Shown piece after piece: positions 9,729 through 19,420 of a DNA stretch of 64,000 nt (position 1 is its first letter; each line of letters opens with the position of its first letter). The DNA is from an uncultured Candidatus Rokubacteria bacterium (GTDB taxonomy: Bacteria; Methylomirabilota; Methylomirabilia; Rokubacteriales; DASRDR01). The stretch covers positions 96,001 through 160,000 of the forward strand of contig CAVPSB010000016.1 in the NCBI GenBank assembly GCA_963708025.1. The letters are read 5' to 3'. Both the position numbers and the translations under genes were made by a program. The notes under the pieces were generated by a model that was not told the DNA's origin, ran no database searches, and was given only the letters and a program-made list of their open reading frames with translations.

Positions 9729-9913
9729 GCCGGCTCCTCCGGGGGCGGGCGCCGCGCCGCCCGCCGCCTATGCTACACCCTCCGAACCCCGCTCCTCGCC
9801 GCCTGGGCGTGCGCCGTGCGGCCCGAATCGTGACACGGTGACACGATCATACACGCGGTGTACCATTTCGGCGCCGGGTGGCCCGGTCGAGCGCCCGAGC
9901 CAGGAGGGCCAGT

Positions 9914-10234
9914 ATGTTCTTCGAGCTCCGGCAGTACCAGGTTCGCCCAGGACAGCGCGACGCCTGGGTCAAGTGCATGGAAGAGGAGATCATCCCGTTC
10001 CAGGTGAAAATGGGCATGGTGATCGTCGGCAGCTTCGCCGGCGAGGAGGACGAGAGCGTCTACGTCTGGATTCGTCGATTCGAGAACGAGCAGGAGCGCA
10101 AGCGCCTCTACGACGCCGTGTACCAGAGCGACTACTGGAAAAACGAGATCGCTCCCAGGGTCCCGCTCTTGATCGACCGCGAGCAGATCAAGGTCACTCG
10201 CCTGGTAGCGACGCCTCGCTCGGTCATCCAGTAA
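9914..10234 (+). CDS. NIPSNAP family protein
   Basis: MFFELRQYQVRPG start after AGGAGG; YVWIRRF and LVATPRS typical of the family. Confidence 0.88.
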   Translation: MFFELRQYQVRPGQRDAWVKCMEEEIIPFQVKMGMVIVGSFAGEEDESVYVWIRRFENEQERKRLYDAVYQSDYWKNEIAPRVPLLIDREQIKVTRLVATPRSVIQ

Positions 10235-10529
10235 GGCGCCGGCCGCTCCCCGACGTCAACAGTCTGGCCATACCTCGACCCGCATCCCCGGGAGCTCCCG
10301 GCTCGTCTTCGGGCGGATGCTGCGCGGCATCGCGGACCGGGTGAGGCGCCGGACGGGATCGCGATGCGCGTCCTGATCGCCGGCTGCGGCGTCCGTCGTG
10401 GTACAACAGGTCGAGGTCGTAGTGCGGCGTCTTCTCGTGGGCGGTCGAGGCGTACAAGGCGAGCGCGAGCAGCATGGAGTCTCCTTCGGGAGGCGGCGCA
10501 CGTTATCCTGGAAACCCCGGAGCACTACC

Positions 10530-11897
10530 ATGTCATCCCCCACCGAAGCCCCGCGCCCCAAGGCCGTGCTCGTCGGCGTGCAACTTCCAGGCGTCACCGA
10601 CGCGGAACAGCGGTCGTCGCTGAAGGAGCTCAAGCGCCTGTGCGAGACGCTCGGCTTCGAGGTCGTCGGCGAGGTGACGCAGAAGCGCAAGGGCCTCGGC
10701 GCTGCCACGCTGCTCGGCGAGGGCAAGCTGGTGGAGCTGGCCGCCTGGACCGGCGGCACGGGCGTCGTCCCCAAGGGACCCCCCGGCAAGAAGAAAGCGA
10801 CCGAAGAAGACGAAGAGGAGGACGAGACCGAACCGCTGCACCTCGACGCGCCGCCCGCGCCCACCGGGGAGCCGCGCGCCACCGTCGTCGTCATCGACCA
10901 CGAGCTGTCGCCTCGCCAGCTCCGCCACATCGAGGGCGCGACCTCGGCCGCGGCGGTCCTGGATCGCACGGGCGTGATCATCGAGATCTTCCACCGGCAC
11001 GCGTCGAGCCGACCGGCGCGGCTGCAGGTCGAGATCGCGCGGCTCACCTATGTGGCCCCCCGGTTGCGCGAGACCGGCGGCGGCGAGCGCCAGCGCGGCG
11101 GCATCGGGCTGAGGGGCGCGGGGGAGTCCTCCGTGGAGCTCGATCGCCGCAAGATCCGCGACCGCATCTCCGAGCTCAAGGCGGAGCTGGCCGCCATCGA
11201 AGACGAGTCGAAGACGCGACGGGCGAGGCGTCAGGAGGCGCTGCGCGTCGCGCTGGTCGGGTACACCAACGCGGGCAAGTCGTCGCTGATGCGCGCGCTC
11301 ACCGGCTCGCACGTGCTCGTCGCCGACAAGCTGTTCGCGACCCTCGACACCACCGTCCGTGCGCTGTGGCCCGAGACTCGGCCGCGCATCTTGGTTTCGG
11401 ACACGGTTGGTTTCATCAAGAAGCTCCCGCACGACCTCGTCGCCAGCTTCCGCTCGACGCTCGACGAGGCGCTCGAAGCGTCACTGCTGCTGCAGATCGT
11501 CGATGCGGCCGACCCGGTCTTCCGCGCCCAGATGCAGGTCACCCGCGAGGTGCTGGACGAGATCGGCGCCGGCGACGTGCCGTGGATCCTCGTCCTCAAC
11601 AAGATCGACAAGGTCGCCCAGACCGATCGGGAGGAGCTGTTGAAGGAGTTCCCGGCCGCGCTGCTCGTCTCGGCCAAGGACCCGGCGGACGTCGGGCGCG
11701 TGCGGGACGCGATCATCGGGGCCTTCGAGGCGGACATGACCGAGGTCGAGCTCGTCGTCCCGTACGACGCGGGCAGCGCGATCGGCGAGATCCACAAGGT
11801 CCACGTGATCTCGGAGTCCTACGAAGGGGACGGCGTGCACTACCGAGTGAGGGCCCCCGAGGCCGCGATCGAGCGGATACGGGCGATGCTGCGCTAG
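10530..11897 (+). CDS. hflX: Ribosome-splitting GTPase HflX
   Basis: DRTGVIIEIFHRHA..ARLQVEIARL, GAGES..ELDRRKIR, G1 GYTNAGKS, G2 LFATLDTT, G3 DTVG, G4 NKID, G5 SAK. Confidence 0.95.
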   Translation: MSSPTEAPRPKAVLVGVQLPGVTDAEQRSSLKELKRLCETLGFEVVGEVTQKRKGLGAATLLGEGKLVELAAWTGGTGVVPKGPPGKKKATEEDEEEDETEPLHLDAPPAPTGEPRATVVVIDHELSPRQLRHIEGATSAAAVLDRTGVIIEIFHRHASSRPARLQVEIARLTYVAPRLRETGGGERQRGGIGLRGAGESSVELDRRKIRDRISELKAELAAIEDESKTRRARRQEALRVALVGYTNAGKSSLMRALTGSHVLVADKLFATLDTTVRALWPETRPRILVSDTVGFIKKLPHDLVASFRSTLDEALEASLLLQIVDAADPVFRAQMQVTREVLDEIGAGDVPWILVLNKIDKVAQTDREELLKEFPAALLVSAKDPADVGRVRDAIIGAFEADMTEVELVVPYDAGSAIGEIHKVHVISESYEGDGVHYRVRAPEAAIERIRAMLR

Positions 11898-11913
11898 AGG
11901 GCGCGGTCGAAGC

Positions 11914-12183
11914 TCATCGGGGTGCTCCAGAGGATCTGCCCGAAGGCTCTTTGGATGCTGGCTCCCGCTCGCTTTCCCGCAGCAGCTGTAACAGCTCGCC
12001 TACGCGGCGAAGCTCTTCGCTGGCACGCGTGAGGGCAGAGGCCGCGGCATCCAGCAGGGTTTTCACCGAATCCTCATGCGCCGCGGCGAGACTCGGCGCC
12101 TGTCCTTCGCCAAACCCCGTCCTGTCCCAATAGTCGGCCGGGGCCTCCTGCCCGATGGGGATTCGAACCTGTGCTTTCCGCAT
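11914..12183 (-). CDS. Small hypothetical protein (89 aa)
   Basis: ATG-started frame with a helical C-terminal half; no recognisable motif. Confidence 0.3.
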   Translation of the reverse strand: MRKAQVRIPIGQEAPADYWDRTGFGEGQAPSLAAAHEDSVKTLLDAAASALTRASEELRRVGELLQLLRESEREPASKEPSGRSSGAPR

Positions 12184-12236
12184 TGACGAGCGCCAGTCGG
12201 CGGCCCTTTCGATCAGTAAGTCCGCTCCCGCTGGCC

Positions 12237-12560
12237 TCAGCGTTCGGGGGCGCGCTGGCGAAGCAGATGCGCGTGGCCCCGGCGCAGCCACTTGAGCGCG
12301 CCCGGCAGGTCCCCGGGCTCGACGATGTCGCACTCGATCCAGCCCCGGCCGGCGAAGCGGCGGTGGGGCCGGACGCCGGCGAAGGCCAGCGCCCGCTCCT
12401 GGTCGGCGCGTGACAGGCGCACCCAGAGGTCGTGGTCCTTGAGGCGCATCGGGTAGCAGCCGAACAGCTCGCCGCCGACGAAGTAGCCCCACCGGCCGAA
12501 CATCGGCGTGATCCGGACCCCCTCCCAGCCCTCCAGCACGTGGTTGAGGACGCCGGCCAT
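12237..12560 (-). CDS. TfoX N-terminal/YjbR-like small protein
   Basis: PMFGRWGYFVGGELFG and GWIE...ALKWLRRGH patterns. Confidence 0.65.
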   Translation of the reverse strand: MAGVLNHVLEGWEGVRITPMFGRWGYFVGGELFGCYPMRLKDHDLWVRLSRADQERALAFAGVRPHRRFAGRGWIECDIVEPGDLPGALKWLRRGHAHLLRQRAPER

Positions 12561-12657
12561 CCCCTCGCCCCCGCGCCGGATGGTCCGGCGATCGCGCCGG
12601 GGCCGCCCCGTTCCCCGCGGCGTCGGCACTCCGCCGCGCGCCGGACGTCTCACCGGG

Positions 12658-12741
12658 TCACCCGGGGACGATCCGGATCGCCGCCCAGAGGACGATGAGG
12701 ACCACGACCACCGGCGGAACGATCCCGACGACGCTCTCCAT
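12658..12741 (-). CDS. 27-aa single-TM peptide or truncated SPFH/stomatin N-terminus
   Basis: Not in the ORF track. MESVVGIVPPVVVVLIVLWAAIRIVPG* follows a strong RBS (GGGAGGGGAG). Confidence 0.45.
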   Translation of the reverse strand: MESVVGIVPPVVVVLIVLWAAIRIVPG

Positions 12742-12773
12742 GCGCTCCCCTCCCTGACTTGCGCCGGCGCGGC

Positions 12774-13139
12774 CTACGGGTAGATCTGCCGGTACGCCAG
12801 GCGGATCCGATCCCCGGCCCCGCCGAAGCGGCGGTCATAGTCCTCGGTCATGGCCCGCAGGGTGTCCGAGGCGACGAACGCGCGGAGAGACGCCTCGGAG
12901 TCGAACTCGTAGCACACCATGTACTGCCAGGGCTCGGCTCCGCCATGCGGGGTGTCGAGCGACAGCGCGACGTAGCGCCGCATGGCCAGGCAGCCGGGCA
13001 CCCGGGCGGCCTGTCGGGCGCGGACGGAATCGTACCACTCGTTGAAGGCCGCCTCGCGCTCCGGTGTGATCGTGGCCTTCACGACGAACAGCGCGGGCCG
13101 CGGGGCGGGCGCCCGGAGCTCAGCCGACACCGACCGCAC
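12774..13139 (-). CDS. Dimeric alpha-beta barrel protein (EthD/DUF4286-like)
   Basis: EAAFNEWY...VPGCLAMRRY...YMVCYEFDS pattern. Confidence 0.75.
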   Translation of the reverse strand: MRSVSAELRAPAPRPALFVVKATITPEREAAFNEWYDSVRARQAARVPGCLAMRRYVALSLDTPHGGAEPWQYMVCYEFDSEASLRAFVASDTLRAMTEDYDRRFGGAGDRIRLAYRQIYP

Positions 13140-14109
13140 TCCCGCGCGCCAGATCCAGCGCTGCGCGCTCGACGCGACCGACGTCGACCCCCTGCCAGGG
13201 ATCGGCCGCCGTCAACCCGCTGCCGCGCACGACCATCACCCGGGGGCCGACCGGAGCCCACACCGCCGGGTCGGTCGGCCCGAACAGGACCAGGCTGGCA
13301 CAGCCAACCCCGGCGGCGAGGTGGCTGAGGCCGGAGTCGTTGCCCACGAAGACGGCCGCTCGCTCGAAGAGCGCGGCGAGCTGACGGAGGGACAAGTCCC
13401 GCGCCACCCGGGCCTCGGGGAGACCGGCCGCCGCCGCCAGCCCCGCCACCCTCCCGGCCTCGGCCGGCCCCGTCACCACCACGACCGGCAACCCCAGGAT
13501 CGCGAGGCGGCGGGCCAGCGTCGGGAAGCCGGGCCACACCTTCGTCGGGCTTCCGGCGCCCGGGTGGAGCACCGCCACCGTCCCCGGCGCGAGGCCGCGC
13601 TCCTCGAGCCAGCCCGCGGCCCAGTCGCGCTCGCCGGCGCCGGCGGTCAGCCGGACGGGCGGCAGGGTCGCGGGAGGCGGACCGAGGGCGGCCAGCGTGT
13701 CGAGCAAGTGCCAGGCGGCGTGGCGGCCCAGCCCGGGGGGCGGCGTCGCGCGGGCGATGACGATCCGGCACCCGGGGCGCTCGCCGATCGCCCCGAGGTG
13801 CTCCCGGTACGCCGCGTCGCCGGCGCCGAGCCACGAGACGACCGCGTCGTAGCCGGCGAGCGGCTGGAGCGCGCTCGGGTCGGCCACGGCGGTGAACAGG
13901 CGGTGGAGCCCGAGCGCCTCCAGGTCGATGGTCTCCTCCACGTACGCCGACCCGTCGAGCAACGCCGCCAGCCGCGGCGCGACCGCCAGCACCCGGCGGG
14001 CGCCCGGGGCCAGCCGGGCAAGGTGGGCCAGCGCCGGGAGCGCCAGCAGAACGTCGCCGAGCGCGCCGGGATGGATGACCAGCGCGCGAGCCGTCCCCGT
14101 CGCCGTCAC
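13120..14109 (-). CDS. Glycosyltransferase family 9 (LPS heptosyltransferase-like)
   Basis: GTG overlaps the PAP2 stop; HPGALGDVLLALPAL, LHPGAGSPTKVW, FVGNDSGLSHLAA, LFGPTDP..WAP. Confidence 0.9.
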   Translation of the reverse strand: MTATGTARALVIHPGALGDVLLALPALAHLARLAPGARRVLAVAPRLAALLDGSAYVEETIDLEALGLHRLFTAVADPSALQPLAGYDAVVSWLGAGDAAYREHLGAIGERPGCRIVIARATPPPGLGRHAAWHLLDTLAALGPPPATLPPVRLTAGAGERDWAAGWLEERGLAPGTVAVLHPGAGSPTKVWPGFPTLARRLAILGLPVVVVTGPAEAGRVAGLAAAAGLPEARVARDLSLRQLAALFERAAVFVGNDSGLSHLAAGVGCASLVLFGPTDPAVWAPVGPRVMVVRGSGLTAADPWQGVDVGRVERAALDLARGSAVGVG

Positions 14110-14849
14110 GAAGACGGCGTCCCGGGCCCTGCCTTCAGGGCCGCCTCGATGGGCCAGGCGGCCAGCCGCCGCGGGAGGAACCGATCGGCGAGCCACTGAC
14201 CCAGGTGGCCTCCCCACCAGCCGATGACGGCGCCTCCCAGGACGTCGGAGAGGAAGTGCGCGTTGAGCAGCACCCGGGAGGCGCCGATGCCGCCGGCGAC
14301 GGCGAGCCAGACACGGCGCCGTCCCGGCGCCGCGCGGGCCAGGGCCGCCGCCACCGCGAAGGCCGTCGTGGCGTGGCCGGAGGGGAAGCTGTGGTACCGC
14401 GAGTCGACGAGACAGGGCCAGTGGAAGAAGCCGGTGCTTCCCGGGTCCGCGACCGCGGAGGCCGGCGGGGACGGGCCGGCGCCGGGCGCCGGCACGGCGT
14501 CCACACCCCACCCGTCCACGAGTCGCGGCCGCGCCCGGCAGGCGACCTGCTTGACCACGTGGGCCGCCGCGTTCGCCACCGCGATGCCGGCGAGACCCCC
14601 GAGGCTGGCCCGCCACAGATCGAGGTCGGCCGTGCGGTACGCCGCGAGCGCGAGGCCACCGAGGAGGCCGGCGCCGGCCCACGCGGTGCCGAGCAGGGTC
14701 ACGCCGTTGGCGAGCAGCCGCACCTCGTGGGAGTCGACGTGCCGTAACGCGAGGCGGTGGAGGATCGGATCGAGCGGCAGGGTGAGGACGAGCGCGATGA
14801 CCCCGGCGATCAGCGTTCGGGCGCCAGCCGCCCTCGGGAGCCGCAGCAT
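14106..14849 (-). CDS. PAP2 family membrane phosphatase (lipid A/undecaprenyl-PP phosphatase-like)
   Basis: Motifs KxxxxRxRP, SFPSGH and SRVLLNAHFLSDV. Confidence 0.9.
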   Translation of the reverse strand: MLRLPRAAGARTLIAGVIALVLTLPLDPILHRLALRHVDSHEVRLLANGVTLLGTAWAGAGLLGGLALAAYRTADLDLWRASLGGLAGIAVANAAAHVVKQVACRARPRLVDGWGVDAVPAPGAGPSPPASAVADPGSTGFFHWPCLVDSRYHSFPSGHATTAFAVAAALARAAPGRRRVWLAVAGGIGASRVLLNAHFLSDVLGGAVIGWWGGHLGQWLADRFLPRRLAAWPIEAALKAGPGTPSS

Positions 14850-14855
14850 GGCCTC

Positions 14856-14885
14856 TGACTAGCACCCGGGCCCGAGCCGTGTCAA
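14856..14885 (-). promoter_or_regulatory. sigma70-type promoter TTGACA-N18-TAGTCA (TG extension), leaderless geometry for PAP2
   Basis: Perfect -35; the -10 lies 6 nt before ATG 14849. Confidence 0.5.
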
Positions 14886-14924
14886 GCGCGGACCCCCGAC
14901 CGGCGAGGAGCTACCGGGCCCGCC

Positions 14925-16590
14925 TCACCAGACCCGCAGCCCCGGCGTCGTGAGCGGCGTGGTCAGCGCCAGGCGAAGCAGCGTCGGCCCGTAGGCGACG
15001 GCGATCAGGAGCGCCGCCAGGGCGAGCCAGGGCCGCCAGCGGTCCAGGATCGGCGGGGCGTGCTCCGGGCCGGAGAGCGCGTCCGCGAACGCCGGCATCG
15101 CCGGCGCCGGCTGGCGCGACGCCCACACGGTCAGCGCCATGTTGAGGAAGTAGAGCAGGGCGCTCACGAACAGGACCGTCCCGCCGATGCCCACCAGGGG
15201 CAGCACCGCCTTCCAGGCCGGCTGCAGGTAGGGGGCGGCGCCGAGCATCGTCCGGCGCGGCGCTCCCATGAGCCCCAGGCGGTGGAGGGCGTTCGAGAAG
15301 ACGAGCATCCCGCCGAACCAGAGCCACACCTGGGCGAGCGCCAGCCGGCGACTCCAGAGCCCGCGGCCGGCCAGGTACGGGACCAGCCAGTACGTGATGC
15401 CCATGAAGCTCAGCGTGACGGCCGTGCCCACCGTGAGGTGGAGGTGGCCGGGGATCCACGCCGTGTTGTGGACGACGAGGTTCAGGTTGTACGAGGCGTT
15501 GATGAGGCCCCCGATCCCGCCGAACGTGAAGAGGAGCATCGCCAGCACCTGCGCCGCGAGCGACGGATCGCCCCACGGCAGCTTCCCGAACCACGCGACC
15601 CAGCCCCTCCCACCCCGCGCGCGGGCGCCGCTCTCGAGGGAGGCCACGACGTTGAAGAAGGTGAGCAGGCTCGGGAAGAAGACGGCGAACGTGAGGAACG
15701 CGTGGACGAGCTTCCAGCCGCGGTCGATGCCCGGGTCCGTGTACTGGTGATGGAAGCCGAGCGGCGTCGACAGCACCAGGAAGAGGATGAACGAGGTGCG
15801 GGCCAGCGGGTCGCTGAACAGCCGCCCGCCGGCCTGGCGCGGGACGAGGGTATACCAGGAGACGTACGCGGGCAGCAGCCAGAAGTAGACGATCGGATGG
15901 CCGGTGAACCAGAAGAGGGCGCGGGCGAGGAGCGCGTCGGTACCGGCCACCAACCCGAGCGACCACGGGATCAGCATGAGCAGCATCTCGGCCGCGAGCC
16001 CCAGCGAGGCGATCGTCCACATCGCGAAGGTCACCAGCGACATGAACGCCGCCAGGGGGGTGCGCGTGCCCGGGTGCTCCCGGCGCCAGGCCCGGCAGGT
16101 GAGCGCGAGATTGAGCGTCACCAGCCAGGTGCCCACCACCACCAGCGTCAGGCCGACGTAGAAGGCCCAGTGCGCCTGGAGCGGCGGGTAGAACGTGAAC
16201 ATGACGGTGGCCGCGTTCCCGACCAGGGGGATCGCCGCGAGGACGAGGCCCCCGGTCATGAGCCAGAAGGTCCCCCAGGCCAGCCGCAGGCTGTGGAGGC
16301 GCATCCCCAGCGCCCGGGCCGTGAGGAACGGAAGGAACCCGCAGATGAAGAAGGTCGTCCAGACGAGCACGTTCAGGACGCCGTGAAGGCTCAGTCCGTG
16401 GTAGTAGGAGCGGATCACCGGGTCGAGCGCCGGGTAGAGGTCCAGCCCGGCATTCTCGAGCGCCTGGAACAGGCCGGTCAGGACGCCGCCGAAGAGCGCG
16501 ACCAGCGCCACCGCCAGGTAGGCGGCGGTCAGGCGTCCGTCGGCGGCTCGAGCGTCGGGTGCGGGGGGTGTCGGGCGCGCCGCGCGCCAT
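14925..16590 (-). CDS. cbaA: ba3-type (B-family) heme-copper oxidase subunit I; probable 1-nt frameshift near 16565
   Basis: His ligands SLHGVLN, FWFTGHPIVYFW, GFHHQY, WIPGHLHLTVG. The RBS-preceded ATG at 16590 is one base out of frame across a 6-G run. Confidence 0.92.
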
Positions 16591-16616
16591 GCCGGGACCC
16601 TCCGGCGCCGGCCGCG

Positions 16617-17105
16617 TCACGAGCGCGGCTCCACGATGACCTTCCCCCACATCGTCTGGTGCGCGATCCCGCAGTACTCGTGGCAGACGAACGGATACTC
16701 GCCGGGCCGCTCGAAGCGCGCCGTCGCCCGGGCGATCTGCCCCGGCAAGAGCATCACGTTGACGTTGGCCCCGTGGATCAGGAGGCCGTGGACCACGTCC
16801 TGGCTCGTGGCGACGAACGTCACGGTCGAGCCGGCCGGCACCCGGATCTCGCCCGGCGCGAAGAACCAGATGCCGGCGACCATCCGCACCTCGTACTGGC
16901 CGGGGCCCACGGCCACGACGCCCGGCTGGTCGAAGGGCGCCGTCTCGGCGACGCGGGTCGGGTCCACCCGGCCTTCCTGGCCGGGCAGATGGATGTGAGC
17001 GCCGAACGCGGTGACCATGAGCGCGGCCAGCATCCCCACCGGGATGGCGACGCTCGGGAGGATCCAGGCCAGCTCGTAGAGATAGACGGTCGTCCCCTGT
17101 CGCAT
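16617..17105 (-). CDS. cbaB: ba3-type oxidase subunit II (CuA)
   Basis: One TM helix; DVVHG and CHEYCGIAHQTM CuA ligands. Confidence 0.93.
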   Translation of the reverse strand: MRQGTTVYLYELAWILPSVAIPVGMLAALMVTAFGAHIHLPGQEGRVDPTRVAETAPFDQPGVVAVGPGQYEVRMVAGIWFFAPGEIRVPAGSTVTFVATSQDVVHGLLIHGANVNVMLLPGQIARATARFERPGEYPFVCHEYCGIAHQTMWGKVIVEPRS

Positions 17106-17109
17106 CGGC

Positions 17110-17217
17110 TCACCCCGTCCACAGCTTCAGATAGGCATTGGTCCACAGGAGGGCCAGCAGCAGCAGGTAGACCAGCATGAACAGCAAGGCGCCCTTCGGA
17201 TGGTCGTGTTCGTCCAC
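17110..17217 (-). CDS. cbaD: ba3-type oxidase subunit IIa (35 aa)
   Basis: Not in the ORF track. MDEHDHPKGALLFMLVYLLLLALLWTNAYLKLWTG* after GAGGAGG; the PKGA...W...Y pattern and position match Thermus CbaD. Confidence 0.85.
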   Translation of the reverse strand: MDEHDHPKGALLFMLVYLLLLALLWTNAYLKLWTG

Positions 17218-17232
17218 GGCCTGGCCCCTCCT

Positions 17233-19332
17233 CTATGCCTGCGGCACTCTCGGATCCAGCCGGGCGCGCGCGTTGACGGCGATCGCGCCGGCCGGACTCG
17301 CCATCAGCGGGTTCAGCTCGATCTCGGCGAGCTCCGGCACGTTGACGCCGAGCCGGGCGAACCGCACGATCACCTCCGCCAGGGCGGCGCGATCGACCGG
17401 CGGCTCGCCCCGCACCCCCCGCAGCACGGGCGCCATGCGCAGCTCGTCGAGCATCGCGAGGGCCTCGGACGGCGTGAGCGGCGCCAGCCGCATGGCGGTG
17501 TCCCTGAGGACCTCGACGTAGATGCCCCCGAACCCGACGACGACCAGCGGTCCGAACTGCGGGTCACGCACCACCCCGAGCAGCAGCTCCCGGCCGGACA
17601 CCATGCGCTGGACCAGGAGGCCCCGGATCGTCGCCATCGGCTGGTCCCGCCGGACACGCGCCAGCATCGCGACCGCTGCCTCCCGCACGGCCTCCGCTGT
17701 GCCGAGCCCCAGCCGGACGCCCCCGACGTCGGTCTTGTGGCTGATGTCCGGCGAGAGAAGCTTGAGCGCGACCGGCGCTCCGAGTCGCGTCGCCGCGGCC
17801 GCCGCCTCGTCGGGGGTCGACGCCACCTCGCTGGACGCGGCCGGGATCCCGTATGCCGCCAGCAAGGGCCCCAGCTCGCACCAGCCGAGTCCCGTCGCGC
17901 CGCCGCGACGGAGCGCGGCGACGTGCGCGGAGGCCTCGGGCGGCGGCGCCGGGGAGGAAACGGCGACGGCCCGCTCGCGCCGGCGCTCGGACACCAGCGC
18001 CATCCCGGCCAGCGTGAGGACCGCGGGCTCGGGAAACGGGTAACAGGGAATCCCGGCGTCCTCCAGAGCCCGGACACCGGGGGCGACGCGCGCGCCTCCC
18101 ACGAGGGCCGCCGCCACCGGGATCGGCCAGTCGCGGACCGCGCCGATCACGGCCCGCGCCACGCCGAGACTGTCGGTCGCGGCCTGGGCGGTCATGAGGA
18201 TCAGCGCCGCGTCGGCGGAGGGGCCGACGGCGCGGAGGGCGTTCCCGTACCGCGCGGCATCGGCATCCCCGACGAGGTCCACCGGGTTGCCGACGCTCGC
18301 CGTGGGCGGCAGCCCCGCCCGCAGCCGGGCCTGCGTCCCCGCGGCGAGCGGGGCGACCTCGAGCCCGGCCTCTCGCGCCGCGTCGGTCGCGACGATGCCG
18401 ACTCCTCCGCCGTTGGTCACCACCAGGAGCCGCCGCCCTCGCGGCAGGGGTTGGCTGGCAAGCCCACGCGCCAGGTCGAACAGCTCCTCGACGGTGCGGG
18501 CCCGCACCGCGCCCGCCTGCCGGACTGCCGCGTCGAAGGCCTGGTCGGAGCCGGCCAGGGCCCCCGTGTGCGAGGCGACGGCCCGGGCGCCCTCGACGGA
18601 CCGGCCCGTCTTGAGGAGGATCACCGGCTTGACCGCGGCGGCCGCACGAAGGGCCTCGAAGAAGCGCCGCCCGTCGGCCACACCCTCGATGTAGCCCACG
18701 ACGACCCGGGTCTCGGCGTCGGCGGCCACGGCGTCGAGCAGATCGGATTCGTTCAGGTCCACCTGGTTGCCGAGGCTCGCGAACAGGGAGAAGCCGAGGT
18801 GCCGGTCACGGGCCCAGTCCAGGATCGCCGTGGCCAGGGCTCCCGAGTGGGAGACGAACGCGATCGTGCCCGTCCGCGGCATCCCGGGCGCGAAGGTGAC
18901 GTTGAGCCGGCGCGACGGTCGGATCCACCCGAGGCAGTTCGGACCGAGGACGCGGAGCGGCTGCGCGCGAAGCCAGGCCGCGAGTTCGGCTTCCCGGGCC
19001 CGACCCTCCGCTCCGCTCTCGCGGAATCCCGCGGTGATGACGACGGCCGCGCCCACCGACTTCGCCGCGCACTCCTTCAGCGTGGGCAAGACGGCGGGGG
19101 CCGGGACGGCGACCACCGCCAGGTCGATCGGGCCGTCGACCGCGAGAAGCGACGGCGCCGCGGCCAGGCCCTGGACGATATCAGCCGCGGCATTGACCGG
19201 GACGACGCGGCCCTCGAACCCGGCCGCCCGGAGGTTCGCCAGGACGCTGCCGCCCACCTTGGAGGGATCGCGGGAGGCTCCGATGACGGCGACGCTGCGA
19301 GGCTCGAAGAGCGCCGTCAGCGAACCCTTCAC
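17233..19332 (-). CDS. ADP-forming acetate/acyl-CoA ligase (fused alpha-beta, no GNAT domain)
   Basis: LFEPRSVAVIGAS, VLGPNCLG, catalytic SHTGALAG, TNGGG, NPVDL, ATP-grasp HKTDVGGV, DPQFGP, ELNPL. Confidence 0.93.
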   Translation of the reverse strand: MKGSLTALFEPRSVAVIGASRDPSKVGGSVLANLRAAGFEGRVVPVNAAADIVQGLAAAPSLLAVDGPIDLAVVAVPAPAVLPTLKECAAKSVGAAVVITAGFRESGAEGRAREAELAAWLRAQPLRVLGPNCLGWIRPSRRLNVTFAPGMPRTGTIAFVSHSGALATAILDWARDRHLGFSLFASLGNQVDLNESDLLDAVAADAETRVVVGYIEGVADGRRFFEALRAAAAVKPVILLKTGRSVEGARAVASHTGALAGSDQAFDAAVRQAGAVRARTVEELFDLARGLASQPLPRGRRLLVVTNGGGVGIVATDAAREAGLEVAPLAAGTQARLRAGLPPTASVGNPVDLVGDADAARYGNALRAVGPSADAALILMTAQAATDSLGVARAVIGAVRDWPIPVAAALVGGARVAPGVRALEDAGIPCYPFPEPAVLTLAGMALVSERRRERAVAVSSPAPPPEASAHVAALRRGGATGLGWCELGPLLAAYGIPAASSEVASTPDEAAAAATRLGAPVALKLLSPDISHKTDVGGVRLGLGTAEAVREAAVAMLARVRRDQPMATIRGLLVQRMVSGRELLLGVVRDPQFGPLVVVGFGGIYVEVLRDTAMRLAPLTPSEALAMLDELRMAPVLRGVRGEPPVDRAALAEVIVRFARLGVNVPELAEIELNPLMASPAGAIAVNARARLDPRVPQA

Positions 19333-19404
19333 CGCCCGGCCATCCGGTGGCGCACGGCGCCGTCGAGGTCGGGGTGCCAGTCCACCATGGCGGACGTCAG
19401 GAGG

Positions 19405-19420
19405 TGCAACGGGGGTGCCA
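19405..19420 (-). promoter_or_regulatory. sigma54 promoter TGGCAC-CCCCG-TTGCA upstream of the ligase-cbaDBA unit
   Basis: Exact -24/-12 consensus and spacing, intergenic, correct orientation. Confidence 0.85.

Noticed and set aside
2114-9833. Very long antisense and alternate-frame ORFs (e.g. 2114-3925, 4223-6580, 7479-9833, and similar throughout the window)
   Set aside because: Shadow ORFs from high GC and codon bias, opposite well-supported genes; Arg/Gly/Pro-rich with no motifs.
9830-9855. GTGACACG direct repeat between the divergent cyclase and NIPSNAP genes
   Set aside because: Could be an operator, but it is too short and has no second instance to support it.
10224-10475. 83-aa minus-strand ORF (HEKTPHYDLDLLYHDG...)
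   Set aside because: Partly protein-like and possibly a decayed fragment, but I cannot assign a family.
17233-19332. Protein lysine acetyltransferase (Pat/PatZ) call for the acyl-CoA ligase
   Set aside because: No GNAT domain, and the catalytic His (SHTG) is retained, favouring an ADP-forming ligase.
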